Of a stretch of DNA of 64,000 nucleotides, positions 53,157 to 63,873 are shown piece after piece (within the stretch, counting starts at the first letter, position 1; the number at the start of each line of letters is the position of its first letter). Both the position numbers and the translations under genes were made by a program. The stretch is from an uncultured Rubellimicrobium sp. (GTDB lineage: Bacteria > Pseudomonadota > Alphaproteobacteria > Rhodobacterales > Rhodobacteraceae): assembly GCA_964540965.1 (NCBI GenBank), contig CAZIOT010000009.1, positions 38,642 to 102,641 of the forward strand, written 5' to 3'. The notes beneath the pieces were generated by a model. That model did not search any database, had not been told where the DNA came from, and was given only the letters and a program-made list of their open reading frames with translations.

Positions 53157-54383
53157 GTGAAACTCACCGCCAGACTGCTTGCCGCGACGGCGATCATGGG
53201 TGCCGGGGCCGCGAGCGCGGGAGAGCTCGAGGTCACGCACTGGTGGACCTCGGGCGGCGAAGCCGCTGCCGTGGCCAAGCTGGCCGAGGCGTTCAACGCC
53301 ACCGGCGACGTGTGGGTTGACGGCGCCATCGCCGGTTCCGGCGGCACCGCCCGTCCGATCATCATCAGCCGCATCCTTGGCGGCGACCCGATGGGCGCCA
53401 CCCAGCTCAACCATGGCCGCCAGGCCGAGGAACTGATCCAGGCCGGCCTTCTGACCGACCTGACCGAACTGGCCGAAGAGCAGAACTGGCGCGAGATCAT
53501 CCGCCCGATCTCGCTTCTGGATGCCTGCACCTATGAGGGCCGCGTCTATTGCGCGCCGATCAACATCCACTCGTGGCAGTGGCTGTGGCTGTCGAACCAG
53601 GCCTTCACCGATGCCGGCGTGGCCGTGCCGACCAACTGGGACGAATTCGTCGCCGCCGCCCCCGCGCTGGAAGCGTCAGGCAAGATCCCCCTCGCTCTGG
53701 GCCAGCAGCCCTGGCAGACCTCGGGCGCCTTCGGCGTGATGGCCGTCGCCATCGCCGGCCCGGATGCCTGGCGCGCGGTGAACATCGACAAGAGCGCCGA
53801 AGTCGCCGGCGGTGCGGACTATGCCCGCGTCTTCGAAGCGGCGGTCGCCGCGCGCGAGATGGCCTCCAATTCGAACGTGCAGGACTGGAACCAGGCGACC
53901 AACCTGGTCATCACCGGCCAGGCCGGCGGCCAGATCATGGGTGACTGGGCGCAGGGCGAATTCGCCGTTGCCGGGCAGACCGCCGGCACCGACTATACCT
54001 GCCTTCCGGGCCTCGGTGTGAACCAGATCCTCGATACCGGCGGCGACGCCTTCTACTTCCCCGTCATCGACGACGAGGACACCCGCCGGATGCAGCTTGA
54101 ACTTGCCTCGCTGATCGTTTCGCCCGAAGTGCAGGTGTCGTTCAACCTGGCCAAGGGTTCGCTGCCGGTGCGCGGCGACGTCGATCTTGCCGCGGCCAAC
54201 GACTGCATGAAGAAGGGTCTCGAGATCCTTGCCGCCGGCAACATCCTGCCCTCGGGCGACATGAGCCTGTCTCCGGACACCCAGGGCCAGGTCGAAGACC
54301 TGATGGTCGAGTTCTGGAACTCGGACATGAGCGCCGCCGACGCGCAGGCGCGCTACGCGGAAATCATCGGCTCGGCCGACTGA
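53157..54383 (+). CDS. ABC sugar transporter substrate-binding protein
   Basis: Signal peptide and family-1 SBP sequence. First gene of the operon. Confidence 0.9.
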   Translation: MKLTARLLAATAIMGAGAASAGELEVTHWWTSGGEAAAVAKLAEAFNATGDVWVDGAIAGSGGTARPIIISRILGGDPMGATQLNHGRQAEELIQAGLLTDLTELAEEQNWREIIRPISLLDACTYEGRVYCAPINIHSWQWLWLSNQAFTDAGVAVPTNWDEFVAAAPALEASGKIPLALGQQPWQTSGAFGVMAVAIAGPDAWRAVNIDKSAEVAGGADYARVFEAAVAAREMASNSNVQDWNQATNLVITGQAGGQIMGDWAQGEFAVAGQTAGTDYTCLPGLGVNQILDTGGDAFYFPVIDDEDTRRMQLELASLIVSPEVQVSFNLAKGSLPVRGDVDLAAANDCMKKGLEILAAGNILPSGDMSLSPDTQGQVEDLMVEFWNSDMSAADAQARYAEIIGSAD

Positions 54384-54397
54384 TAGCAGACTGCGCG

Positions 54398-54425
54398 GGG
54401 GCCCGGCCGGAAACGGCCGGGCCCC
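54398..54425 (+). terminator. Intra-operon stem-loop (12-bp stem, GAAA loop) followed by TTT
   Basis: GGGGCCCGGCCG-GAAA-CGGCCGGGCCCC-TTT lies between the SBP and permease genes. Confidence 0.55.
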
Positions 54426-54489
54426 TTTGCATCCCTGCTTGGGCCACGCGAGGTTTCGCGCCAAGATGGCCCAAAATCCTTGAGGGAGG

Positions 54490-55434
54490 ATGACCGCGAT
54501 GGCAGTGGTGGAAGAAGCCGCGTCCGCCGGCGCCGCGACCGCAGAGGTTGCGCGCCGGCCGTCAAGGCTGTGGCGAAACCTTGCGGCCAAGACCGCCTCG
54601 ATCCCGATGATCCTGATCGCAGTGGTGGTCTTTGTCGGCTGCACCCTGTGGACGGTGGCGCATTCCTTTACCAGTTCGCGGCTTTTGCCGAAATGGGACT
54701 GGGTGGGGCTGGCGCAATATGACCGGCTGTGGGGCGACCGCCGCTGGCTGGTCGCCATCGGCAACCTTGCCACCTATGGCGTGCTGTCGCTGATCCTGAC
54801 GCTCTGCATCGGTTTCTTCCTTGCCACGCTGCTTGACCGCAAGGTGCGGGGCGAATCGATCTTCCGCACCATCTATCTCTACCCGTTCGCGCTGTCCTTC
54901 ATCGTGACGGGGCTGGTCTGGCAATGGATCCTCAACCCCGAGTTCGGGTTGCAGCATGTCATCCGTTCCTGGGGCTGGGAAAGTTTCGCCTTCGACCCGC
55001 TGAACAACCCCGATATCGTCATCTACGGTATCCTCATCGCCGGGATCTGGCAGGGCACCGGCCTTGTCATGGTCATCATGCTGGCGGGGCTGCGCGGCAT
55101 CGACGAGGAGATCTGGAAGGCCGCCCGCGTCGACGGCATCCCGACCTGGAAGACCTATACCCATGTCATCATCCCGATGATGCGGCCGGTGTTCGTCACC
55201 GCGCTGGTGCTGATCGCCTCGGGCATCGTCAAGGTCTATGACCTTGTGGTGGCGCAGACATCCGGCGGTCCGGGCATCGCCAGCCAGATGCCGGCGCTGG
55301 TGGTGATGGACCGCATGTTCAAGGACCAGAACCTGGCGCAGGGCTTTGCCGCCTCGACCATGATGCTGGTGACGGTGGCGATCATCCTGATCCCCTGGGC
55401 CTATCTCGAATTCGGGGGGAAAAAGCGTGGCTGA
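54490..55434 (+). CDS. ABC sugar transporter permease (MalF-like)
   Basis: 6-TM BPD_transp_1 layout with the EAA-like loop (AARVDGIPTWKTY). Confidence 0.9.
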   Translation: MTAMAVVEEAASAGAATAEVARRPSRLWRNLAAKTASIPMILIAVVVFVGCTLWTVAHSFTSSRLLPKWDWVGLAQYDRLWGDRRWLVAIGNLATYGVLSLILTLCIGFFLATLLDRKVRGESIFRTIYLYPFALSFIVTGLVWQWILNPEFGLQHVIRSWGWESFAFDPLNNPDIVIYGILIAGIWQGTGLVMVIMLAGLRGIDEEIWKAARVDGIPTWKTYTHVIIPMMRPVFVTALVLIASGIVKVYDLVVAQTSGGPGIASQMPALVVMDRMFKDQNLAQGFAASTMMLVTVAIILIPWAYLEFGGKKRG

Positions 55435-56389
55435 CCTGTCCGTCAATACCGCCCCCATGGGCGCCGAACCGCAGGGGCCGCGGCCGAAAAGCGCGCTTTC
55501 GGGCAAGAACATCGCGCTTTACGTCACGCTTGGCATCTTTGCGCTGTATTTCCTGCTGCCGCTCTGGGTGATGGTCGTCACCTCGCTCAAGCACATGGAC
55601 GAGATCCGGCAGGGCAATGTCTTTGGCGTGCCGCAGGAGATCACCTTTCAATACTGGGTCAAGGCCTGGGCCGAGGCCTGCACCGGCATCAACTGCGACG
55701 GCCTCAGCCGCGGCTTCTGGAACTCGGTCCGCATCCTTGTCCCCTCGGTCATCGTGTCGATCGCGGTGGCGAGCGTGTCGGGCTATGCCATCGCCAACTG
55801 GCGCTTCAAGGGCGCGGATCTGTTCTTTTCCATCCTGCTGATCGGCGCCTTCATCCCCTATCAGGTGATGCTGTATCCCATCGTCCTTCTGCTGCGGTCG
55901 ATGGGCGACGGGCTGTCGTTCTTCACGCAGCTGGTCGGGCTGGGCAAGGTGCAGATCTATGGCACTTTGGGCGGGCTGGTCATCGTCCATACCATCTTCG
56001 GCATGCCGATCCTGACGCTGCTGTTCCGCAACTATTTCGTCTCGCTGCCCGAAGAGCTTATCAAGGCGGCCCGCGTCGACGGTGCCGGGTTCTGGGGCAT
56101 CTATTTCCGCGTGCTGCTGCCGATGTCGCTGCCGATCTTCGTCGTGGCGGTGATCCTGCAAGTCACGGGAATCTGGAACGATTTCCTGTTCGGGGTGATC
56201 TATACCAAGCCCGAGATCTATCCGATGACGGTGCAGCTCAACAACATCGTCAACTCGGTGCAGGGGGTGAAGGAATACAATGTGAACATGGCCGCGACGC
56301 TGCTGACCGGCCTTGTCCCCCTCGTCATCTACTTTGTCTCCGGCAAGCTGTTCGTCCGCGGCATCGCCGCCGGTGCCGTGAAAGGCTGA
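55427..56389 (+). CDS. ABC sugar transporter permease (MalG-like)
   Basis: EAA loop AARVDGAGFWGIY. Overlaps the upstream permease gene. Confidence 0.9.
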   Translation: MADLSVNTAPMGAEPQGPRPKSALSGKNIALYVTLGIFALYFLLPLWVMVVTSLKHMDEIRQGNVFGVPQEITFQYWVKAWAEACTGINCDGLSRGFWNSVRILVPSVIVSIAVASVSGYAIANWRFKGADLFFSILLIGAFIPYQVMLYPIVLLLRSMGDGLSFFTQLVGLGKVQIYGTLGGLVIVHTIFGMPILTLLFRNYFVSLPEELIKAARVDGAGFWGIYFRVLLPMSLPIFVVAVILQVTGIWNDFLFGVIYTKPEIYPMTVQLNNIVNSVQGVKEYNVNMAATLLTGLVPLVIYFVSGKLFVRGIAAGAVKG

Positions 56390-56394
56390 CCTCC

Positions 56395-57489
56395 ATGAAC
56401 GTCCACACCACCACCCCTTCCGTCCAGATCAAGAACCTCGACCTGCATTTCGGTGCGGTCAAGGTGCTGAACTCGCTCGACCTCGACATTGCCGAGGGCG
56501 AGTTTCTGGTCCTGCTCGGGTCGTCGGGCTGCGGCAAGTCCACGCTGCTGAACTGCATCGCCGGCCTGCTTGAACCGACTGCCGGGCAGATCTGGATCAA
56601 GGGCCGCAACGTGACCTGGAAGGAACCGTCCGAACGCGGCATCGGCATGGTGTTCCAGTCCTATGCGCTTTATCCGCAGATGACGGTGCGCGGGAACATG
56701 TCGTTCGGGCTGAAGAACGCGCGCATGCCCAAGACCGAGATCGAGGCACGCGTCGCCCGCGCCGCCGGCATCCTGCAGATCGAACACCTGCTTGATCGCA
56801 AGCCCGGCGCCCTGTCGGGCGGCCAGCGGCAGCGGGTGGCGATCGGCCGCGCACTGGTGCGCGACGTCGACGTGTTCCTGTTCGACGAACCGCTGTCGAA
56901 CCTTGACGCGAAACTCCGCGCCGACCTGCGGGTGGAAATCAAGCGGCTGCATGACAGCCTTGGCAACACGATGATCTATGTGACCCACGATCAGGTCGAG
57001 GCGATGACCCTTGCCGACCGGATCGCGATCATGAAGGGCGGCAACATCCTGCAACTGGCCAGCCCGGACGAGATCTATAACCGGCCGCTGAACCGCTATG
57101 TCGCCGACTTCATCGGCTCGCCGTCGATGAATTTCATCGACGGGCATCTGGAAGGCGGGGTGTTCAAGGCGCAGGGGATGGCGCTGCCGATGACGGGCTA
57201 TGCCTTTGGCGCGCCTCAGGTGGCCGACCGGCCGGCGACCATCGGCATCCGGCCCGAACATGTGGTGACCGGCGAACTGGTCGCCCGCGCGCCGGTGCAG
57301 ATCGACACGACCGTCGACCTGGTCGAGCCGATGGGGGCCGATACGCTGGTCTGGGCCAACCTTGCCGGCAATCCGTTCCGCATCCGCATCGACGGCCAGG
57401 CCCGCGTCCACAAGGGCGAGCCGATGCGCATCGGCCTTGACCCGTCCAAGTCCAGCCTGTTCGACAAACAGACCGAGGCGCGGCTGTGA
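56395..57489 (+). CDS. ABC sugar transporter ATP-binding protein (UgpC/MalK-like)
   Basis: Walker A GSSGCGKST, signature LSGGQRQRVAIGRAL and Walker B VFLFDEP. Confidence 0.95.
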   Translation: MNVHTTTPSVQIKNLDLHFGAVKVLNSLDLDIAEGEFLVLLGSSGCGKSTLLNCIAGLLEPTAGQIWIKGRNVTWKEPSERGIGMVFQSYALYPQMTVRGNMSFGLKNARMPKTEIEARVARAAGILQIEHLLDRKPGALSGGQRQRVAIGRALVRDVDVFLFDEPLSNLDAKLRADLRVEIKRLHDSLGNTMIYVTHDQVEAMTLADRIAIMKGGNILQLASPDEIYNRPLNRYVADFIGSPSMNFIDGHLEGGVFKAQGMALPMTGYAFGAPQVADRPATIGIRPEHVVTGELVARAPVQIDTTVDLVEPMGADTLVWANLAGNPFRIRIDGQARVHKGEPMRIGLDPSKSSLFDKQTEARL

Positions 57490-59894
57490 TCCAGGTTGCA
57501 GGCGCGGCCGACCTTTCCGGCCGCTGGGAATTGCGCGACGAAACCGGAGAGTTCGCCTGCCCGGTCACCCTGCCCGGCGACGGCATCACCGCGCTGCAGG
57601 AGGCCGGGCTGATCGCCGACCCCTACTGGGGGCGCAACGAATACGACACCCGCTGGATCGCCGACCGCGACTGGACCGCGCGGCGGGTCTTCACGCTGGA
57701 CCGCACCGATGTGGAACTGGTGGTGGACGGGCTGGATTGCGTCTGCACGATCTGGGTGAACGAAAAGCTTGCCCTGACCACCCGCAACGCCTTTCGCCGG
57801 TTCCGCGCCGACCTGTCGCGGATGGCGCAGCGGGGCGAGAACGTGATCGAGATCACCTTCCATTCCGCCACCCGCGCCGCGAACGAGGCGCAGGCGGATC
57901 AGCCGTTCTTCGTGCCCTATGCCGAGCAGAACTGCCCGATCCCGAACGGCAACATGCTGCGCAAGCCCGCGTGCGATTTCGGCTGGGACTGGAATATCGC
58001 GCTGGCCCCCTTTGGCGTGACCGGCGCGCTGCGGATCGAGCCGATCGGGCCGCGGATCGGTGATATCCTCGTCCACCAGACCCATCTGGCCGACCGGATC
58101 GAGGTGGCGCTGTCGGTGTCCTGCGCCCATATCCCCGACGGTACTCTGCTGACCGCCACGCTGTGCGGCGTCACCGCGACGGCCCCGGTCGTCGCCGGTC
58201 GCGCATTCCCGGTGCTGGCGGTGCGCGGGGCGGAATTGTGGTGGCCGGCGGGGCAGGGTGCCCCCACCCTGCACGACCTGAACGTGACCTGCGCGGGCGC
58301 GACGGCCACCCGCCGCATCGGCCTGCGCGACCTGTCGCTTATCACCGAAAAGGATGCGGCGGGCCTGTCCTTTGGCTTTCGCGTCAACGGCCGCGATGTC
58401 TTTGCCAAGGGGGCGAACTGGATTCCGGCGGACGCGCTGGCCGGGCGGATCACCCCCGAAAAGACCCGCGGCCTGCTGCAATCCGCCGTCGACGCCAACA
58501 TGAACATGATCCGCGTCTGGGGCGGCGGCCGGTATGAACCGGACAGCTTTTACGACGCCTGCGACGAGCTGGGCCTGATGGTCTGGCAGGATTTCATGTT
58601 CGCCTGCAACCTCTACCCCTCTACCCCCGATTTCCTGGCCGAGATCGAGGCCGAGGTGAAGGACAACGTCGCCCGGCTTCAGCATCACGCAAGCCTTGCC
58701 CTCTGGTGCGGCGACAACGAACTGATCGGGGCGCTGACCTGGTTTCCGGAAAGCCGCAAGGACCGCGACCGCTATCTGGTGAACTACGACCGGCTGAACC
58801 GCTGCATCGAAGCCGCTCTCAAGGCGACCGATCCAGATGCGAACTGGTGGCCCTCCAGCCCCAGCCCCGGCCCGATGAATTTCGGCGACGCCTGGCACGA
58901 TGACGGATCGGGCGACATGCATTTCTGGTCGGTCTGGCACGAAGGGCGCGACTTTGACCATTACCGCGACGTAAGCCCGCGATTCTGTTCGGAATTCGGC
59001 TTCCAGTCCTATCCGTCGATGCCGGTGATCGAACGCTTTGCCGACCCCGCCGACCGCAACATCGCCGCGCCGGTGTTCGAAAGCCACCAGAAGAACAAGG
59101 GCGGCAACGCCCGGATCGCGGAAACCATGTTCCGCTATTTCCGCTGGCCCGAACGGTTCGCCGATTTCGTCTGGCTCAGCCAGATCCAGCAGGGCATGGC
59201 GATCAAGACCGCGGTGACGCATTGGCGCAGCCTCAAGCCGCATTGCATGGGCACGCTGTATTGGCAGCTCAATGACACCTGGCCGGTCTGTTCGTGGTCC
59301 TCGCTGGATTACGGCGGCGGGTGGAAGATGCTGCATTACATGGCGCAGCAGTTCTTCCAGCCGGTGATCGTGACCGCGGTGCCCCAGGGCGATGCCATCG
59401 CCCTCAGGGCGGTCAGCGACCTGCCCGAACCGCTGCGGCTGACCGTGCGCTGGCTTGCCGCGTCGGTCTCGGGTCCGGTGCGCGACCTTGGGGTGGCGAC
59501 GGTCGATGTCGGCCCCGATGCCGCGGTGACGGCCGCCATGGTGCCGCCGGATACGCTGGCCGAGGACGAGGTTCTGGCCATCATCTGGGAGGGCGGCGGT
59601 CAGGGCGGCGACGATGTCCACGCGCCGCGGCCGTGGAAAAGCTATGACCTGCGCCCCTCGGGCCTGACCCAGCGCGTCGCGCAAGAGGATGGCCGCTGGC
59701 GCGTGACGGTCGGGGCCGCGGCCCCCGCCTTTTACGTCACGGTGGAGGCCGATGTGCCCGGCCGGTTCGACATGAACGCCTTCACCCTGTTCCCCGGTTT
59801 CGACGGCACCGTGACCTTCACGCCCGACGATCCCGCCGCACAGCCCCGTTTTACCCTGCGCGACCTGTGGTCCGCGACCACCGCGCAGCCTTAG
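57486..59894 (+). CDS. GH2 beta-mannosidase
   Basis: RKPACDFGWDWNI, NMIRVWGGG and CSEFGFQSYPS motifs typical of GH2 beta-mannosidases. 802 aa. Confidence 0.85.
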   Translation: MIQVAGAADLSGRWELRDETGEFACPVTLPGDGITALQEAGLIADPYWGRNEYDTRWIADRDWTARRVFTLDRTDVELVVDGLDCVCTIWVNEKLALTTRNAFRRFRADLSRMAQRGENVIEITFHSATRAANEAQADQPFFVPYAEQNCPIPNGNMLRKPACDFGWDWNIALAPFGVTGALRIEPIGPRIGDILVHQTHLADRIEVALSVSCAHIPDGTLLTATLCGVTATAPVVAGRAFPVLAVRGAELWWPAGQGAPTLHDLNVTCAGATATRRIGLRDLSLITEKDAAGLSFGFRVNGRDVFAKGANWIPADALAGRITPEKTRGLLQSAVDANMNMIRVWGGGRYEPDSFYDACDELGLMVWQDFMFACNLYPSTPDFLAEIEAEVKDNVARLQHHASLALWCGDNELIGALTWFPESRKDRDRYLVNYDRLNRCIEAALKATDPDANWWPSSPSPGPMNFGDAWHDDGSGDMHFWSVWHEGRDFDHYRDVSPRFCSEFGFQSYPSMPVIERFADPADRNIAAPVFESHQKNKGGNARIAETMFRYFRWPERFADFVWLSQIQQGMAIKTAVTHWRSLKPHCMGTLYWQLNDTWPVCSWSSLDYGGGWKMLHYMAQQFFQPVIVTAVPQGDAIALRAVSDLPEPLRLTVRWLAASVSGPVRDLGVATVDVGPDAAVTAAMVPPDTLAEDEVLAIIWEGGGQGGDDVHAPRPWKSYDLRPSGLTQRVAQEDGRWRVTVGAAAPAFYVTVEADVPGRFDMNAFTLFPGFDGTVTFTPDDPAAQPRFTLRDLWSATTAQP

Positions 59895-59907
59895 GAAAGG
59901 ACGACCC

Positions 59908-60645
59908 ATGGCGACCATCGCCTATCAGCTTTACTGCTCGCGCAACTTCGGCCCGCTCGACAAGACGCTTTCCATGCTGGCCAAGGCCGGCTTTACCGCG
60001 ACCGAGGGGTATGGCGGGCTTTACGACCAGCTTGACGCGCTGAAGGCCGGGCTGGATGCCAACGGGCTGACCATGCCCTCGGGGCATTTCGCCATCGACA
60101 TGGTGGAAAACGACCCCGCGCGGGCAGTGCAGGTTGCCCGCACCCTGGGCATGGACAAGGTGTTCATCCCCTGGATCCATCCCGACCAGCGCCCGACCGA
60201 CAAGGCCGGCTGGGCCGCCTTCGGCGCGCGTCTGGCGCGGATCGGCAAGCCGGTGCAGGATGCCGGGTTCGCCTATGGCTGGCACAACCACGATTTCGAG
60301 CTGGTCGATCTGGGCGGCGGCGAAACCCCGCTGGACCTGATCGCCGCGGCGGGCGTGGACCTTGAGCTTGACCTGGGCTGGGTCGGCGTCGCCGGCAAGG
60401 ACCGGGTGGCCGAGCTGAGGAAATTCGGCAGCAAGGTCAAAGCCGTGCATGTCAAGGACCGCGCGCCTGCCGGCACCACGGCCGAGGACGGCTGGGCCGA
60501 TGTCGGCCACGGCACCACCGACTGGGCGCCGATCAAGGCGCAGCTTGATGCGCTGGGCGTCAGCCATTTCGTGATCGAACATGACAATCCGGCCGATGAC
60601 GCGCGCTTTGCCGCGCGGTCGCTGGCCACGGTCAAGGGCTGGTAA
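59908..60645 (+). CDS. Xylose-isomerase-like TIM-barrel protein (sugar phosphate isomerase/epimerase family)
   Basis: 245 aa with an AP_endonuc_2-like pattern (VKAVHVKD, HFVIEHDNP). Confidence 0.8.
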   Translation: MATIAYQLYCSRNFGPLDKTLSMLAKAGFTATEGYGGLYDQLDALKAGLDANGLTMPSGHFAIDMVENDPARAVQVARTLGMDKVFIPWIHPDQRPTDKAGWAAFGARLARIGKPVQDAGFAYGWHNHDFELVDLGGGETPLDLIAAAGVDLELDLGWVGVAGKDRVAELRKFGSKVKAVHVKDRAPAGTTAEDGWADVGHGTTDWAPIKAQLDALGVSHFVIEHDNPADDARFAARSLATVKGW

Positions 60646-60647
60646 TC

Positions 60648-61781
60648 ATGGCGAAACTCGGTGTCGGCATCATCGGATGCGGCAATATCTCGACCGCGTA
60701 TCTGAACCTCGCGCCGCTGTTCCGGTCGCTCGAGGTGCGGGCGGTTGCGGATATCAACCCGGCGGCTGCCAGGGCGCGGGCCGCAGAATTCGGCGTGCGC
60801 GCGGAAACGGTCGATGATCTTCTGGCCGCGGGCGATGTCGATGTGATCGTCAACCTGACGGTGCCGGCGGTGCATTACGAGGTGTCAAAGGCGATCCTGA
60901 ACGCCGGCAAGCACGCCTATTCGGAAAAGCCGTTGGTGCTGACGCTGGATGAGGGCCGCGATCTGGTCGACCTTGCCGCGAAAAAGCGCCTGCGTCTGGG
61001 GTCGGCCCCCGACACCTTTCTTGGCGGCGCGCATCAGGCGGCGCGGGCGGCCATCGACGACGGCCGCATCGGCCGGGTCGTCGCCGGATCCTGCCATGTG
61101 ATGAGCCGCGGGATGGAGGCCTGGCACCCAAACCCCGATTTCTTCTTTCAGCCCGGCGGCGGGCCGGTGCTGGACCTTGGCCCCTATTACATCACCGATC
61201 TGATCCAGTTGATCGGGCCGGTGAAATCGGTCGCGGCGCTGGCCAATGCGTCTTTCCCGACGCGGACCATCGGCAATGGCGACAGGCTGGGGCAGACGGT
61301 GCCGGTGGACACGCCGACCAATATCCACGCGCTGCTGGAATTCGCCAACGGCGCCACGGTCACTTTGTCGGCGTCCTGGGACGTGTGGAAGAACCGGCAT
61401 CCGAACATGGAGCTTTATGGCACCGACGCCTCGCTTTACGTTCCCGATCCGAATTTCTTCGGCGGCGAGGTGCAGATTGCCGGCGGCGAGGGCGATCCGG
61501 TCGACCTCGACACCGCCAGCCATCCGTTCGGCAAGCCGAACATGCAGGACGGGCAGGGGCGCGACCGGGCGAATTACCGCTGTGCCGGGCTGGCCGACAT
61601 GGCGGCGGCGATCGACGAGGGGCGGCAGCACCGCTGCAATGCCGATCTCGCGGTCCATGCCGTCGATGTGATGACCGGCATCCTGCGCGCCGGGGCGGAA
61701 CGGCGGTTCGTCGGGCTGACCACCACCTGCGAGCGCCCGGCGGCGCTGTCGGCGGCCGAGGCGCAGGCGCTGCTGGCCTGA
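60648..61781 (+). CDS. Gfo/Idh/MocA-family oxidoreductase
   Basis: Rossmann motif KLGVGIIGCGNIS. 377 aa. Confidence 0.85.
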   Translation: MAKLGVGIIGCGNISTAYLNLAPLFRSLEVRAVADINPAAARARAAEFGVRAETVDDLLAAGDVDVIVNLTVPAVHYEVSKAILNAGKHAYSEKPLVLTLDEGRDLVDLAAKKRLRLGSAPDTFLGGAHQAARAAIDDGRIGRVVAGSCHVMSRGMEAWHPNPDFFFQPGGGPVLDLGPYYITDLIQLIGPVKSVAALANASFPTRTIGNGDRLGQTVPVDTPTNIHALLEFANGATVTLSASWDVWKNRHPNMELYGTDASLYVPDPNFFGGEVQIAGGEGDPVDLDTASHPFGKPNMQDGQGRDRANYRCAGLADMAAAIDEGRQHRCNADLAVHAVDVMTGILRAGAERRFVGLTTTCERPAALSAAEAQALLA

Positions 61782-61804
61782 CGCGCGGGCCATCGCGAAA
61801 AGGG

Positions 61805-61823
61805 GGGCGGGTAAAACCCGCCC
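61805..61823. terminator. Stem-loop between convergent genes
   Basis: GGGCGGG-taaaa-CCCGCCC. Confidence 0.5.
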
Positions 61824-61828
61824 TGCCT

Positions 61829-62605
61829 TCAGTTCGTCTTCACCGGCTGCGGGTCCAGCGCCCGCCATTCGGTCGCCAGCCGCGCCGCGCGCATCTTCTG
61901 GATCGGGGTCGAGGTTTCGGGGCCGCCCTGCGCCACCAGTTCGGCCTGCAGTTCGTCGAACGCCTTGGCCAGCGCGGCGCGGCGCATGCCAAGGGTGGCG
62001 GGCGCCCTGGCCGGGACGATGAAACCGGGGCGCATGGCGTTCACATCGACCCCGGCGGCCACCGCGGCCTCATGCGCCGCGGTATCGGGGATCACGCCCA
62101 ATTCGGCGTGAAAGCCGACCTGCGCCGGCAGCAGGATATAGGCGGCAAGGTTGCGGGCGGCATTCTCGATCTTGACCGCCGAAAAGTCGGTGTACATGCG
62201 GATGCGGTAAGAGGCGGTGGCGTTCAGCGGGCGGAACTCTTCGAACGGCACCGTCTTGCGGTTCAGCTCGACCACGCGGTTCATCGCGCCCATCAATTCG
62301 TTCAGCGATTTGGCGCCCGTCGCCTTGAGGAACCGCTTCGCCATGCTGGTCGATGGCGCCTCGGCCTTGACAAGCCGGCCTTCGGCATCGGTCCTGGGCA
62401 CGAAGAAGGTCAGGCCGTTCGGCAGAACCGCGGCGCGGTTTTCGAACAGGGGGGTCAGGGCCTTGCCGGACTTCGCCACGGCGTCCCATTCCCAGATGTC
62501 GCGCAGGATCGCCTGCATCAGCACCGGGTCGGACAACAGCGCAAGGCGCACCGGCCCCGGCACCGGGGTCACCTCAAAGTCGATCTGGTTGATCTTGATC
62601 CGCAT
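61829..62605 (-). CDS. Hypothetical protein (258 aa)
   Basis: Starts at MRIKINQIDFEVTP. Protein-like composition but no motif recognised; the longer ORF in the track is an over-extension. Confidence 0.6.
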   Translation of the reverse strand: MRIKINQIDFEVTPVPGPVRLALLSDPVLMQAILRDIWEWDAVAKSGKALTPLFENRAAVLPNGLTFFVPRTDAEGRLVKAEAPSTSMAKRFLKATGAKSLNELMGAMNRVVELNRKTVPFEEFRPLNATASYRIRMYTDFSAVKIENAARNLAAYILLPAQVGFHAELGVIPDTAAHEAAVAAGVDVNAMRPGFIVPARAPATLGMRRAALAKAFDELQAELVAQGGPETSTPIQKMRAARLATEWRALDPQPVKTN

Positions 62606-62654
62606 CGCTGCCCTCCGCTTTTGCCCGCCTTCTACCGCGGGCGTGCCGGGAAGG

Positions 62655-62676
62655 GTAGGGTGGGTCTTGACCCACC

Positions 62677-62680
<4 letters not shown>
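62655..62680. repeat. REP-like palindrome GTAGGGTGGGTC-TT-GACCCACCTTAC (copy 2, one arm mismatch)
   Basis: Same element as at 49901-49926. The right arm again supplies the TAA stop of the minus-strand gene (rlmN). Confidence 0.65.
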
Positions 62681-63873
<1,193 letters not shown>

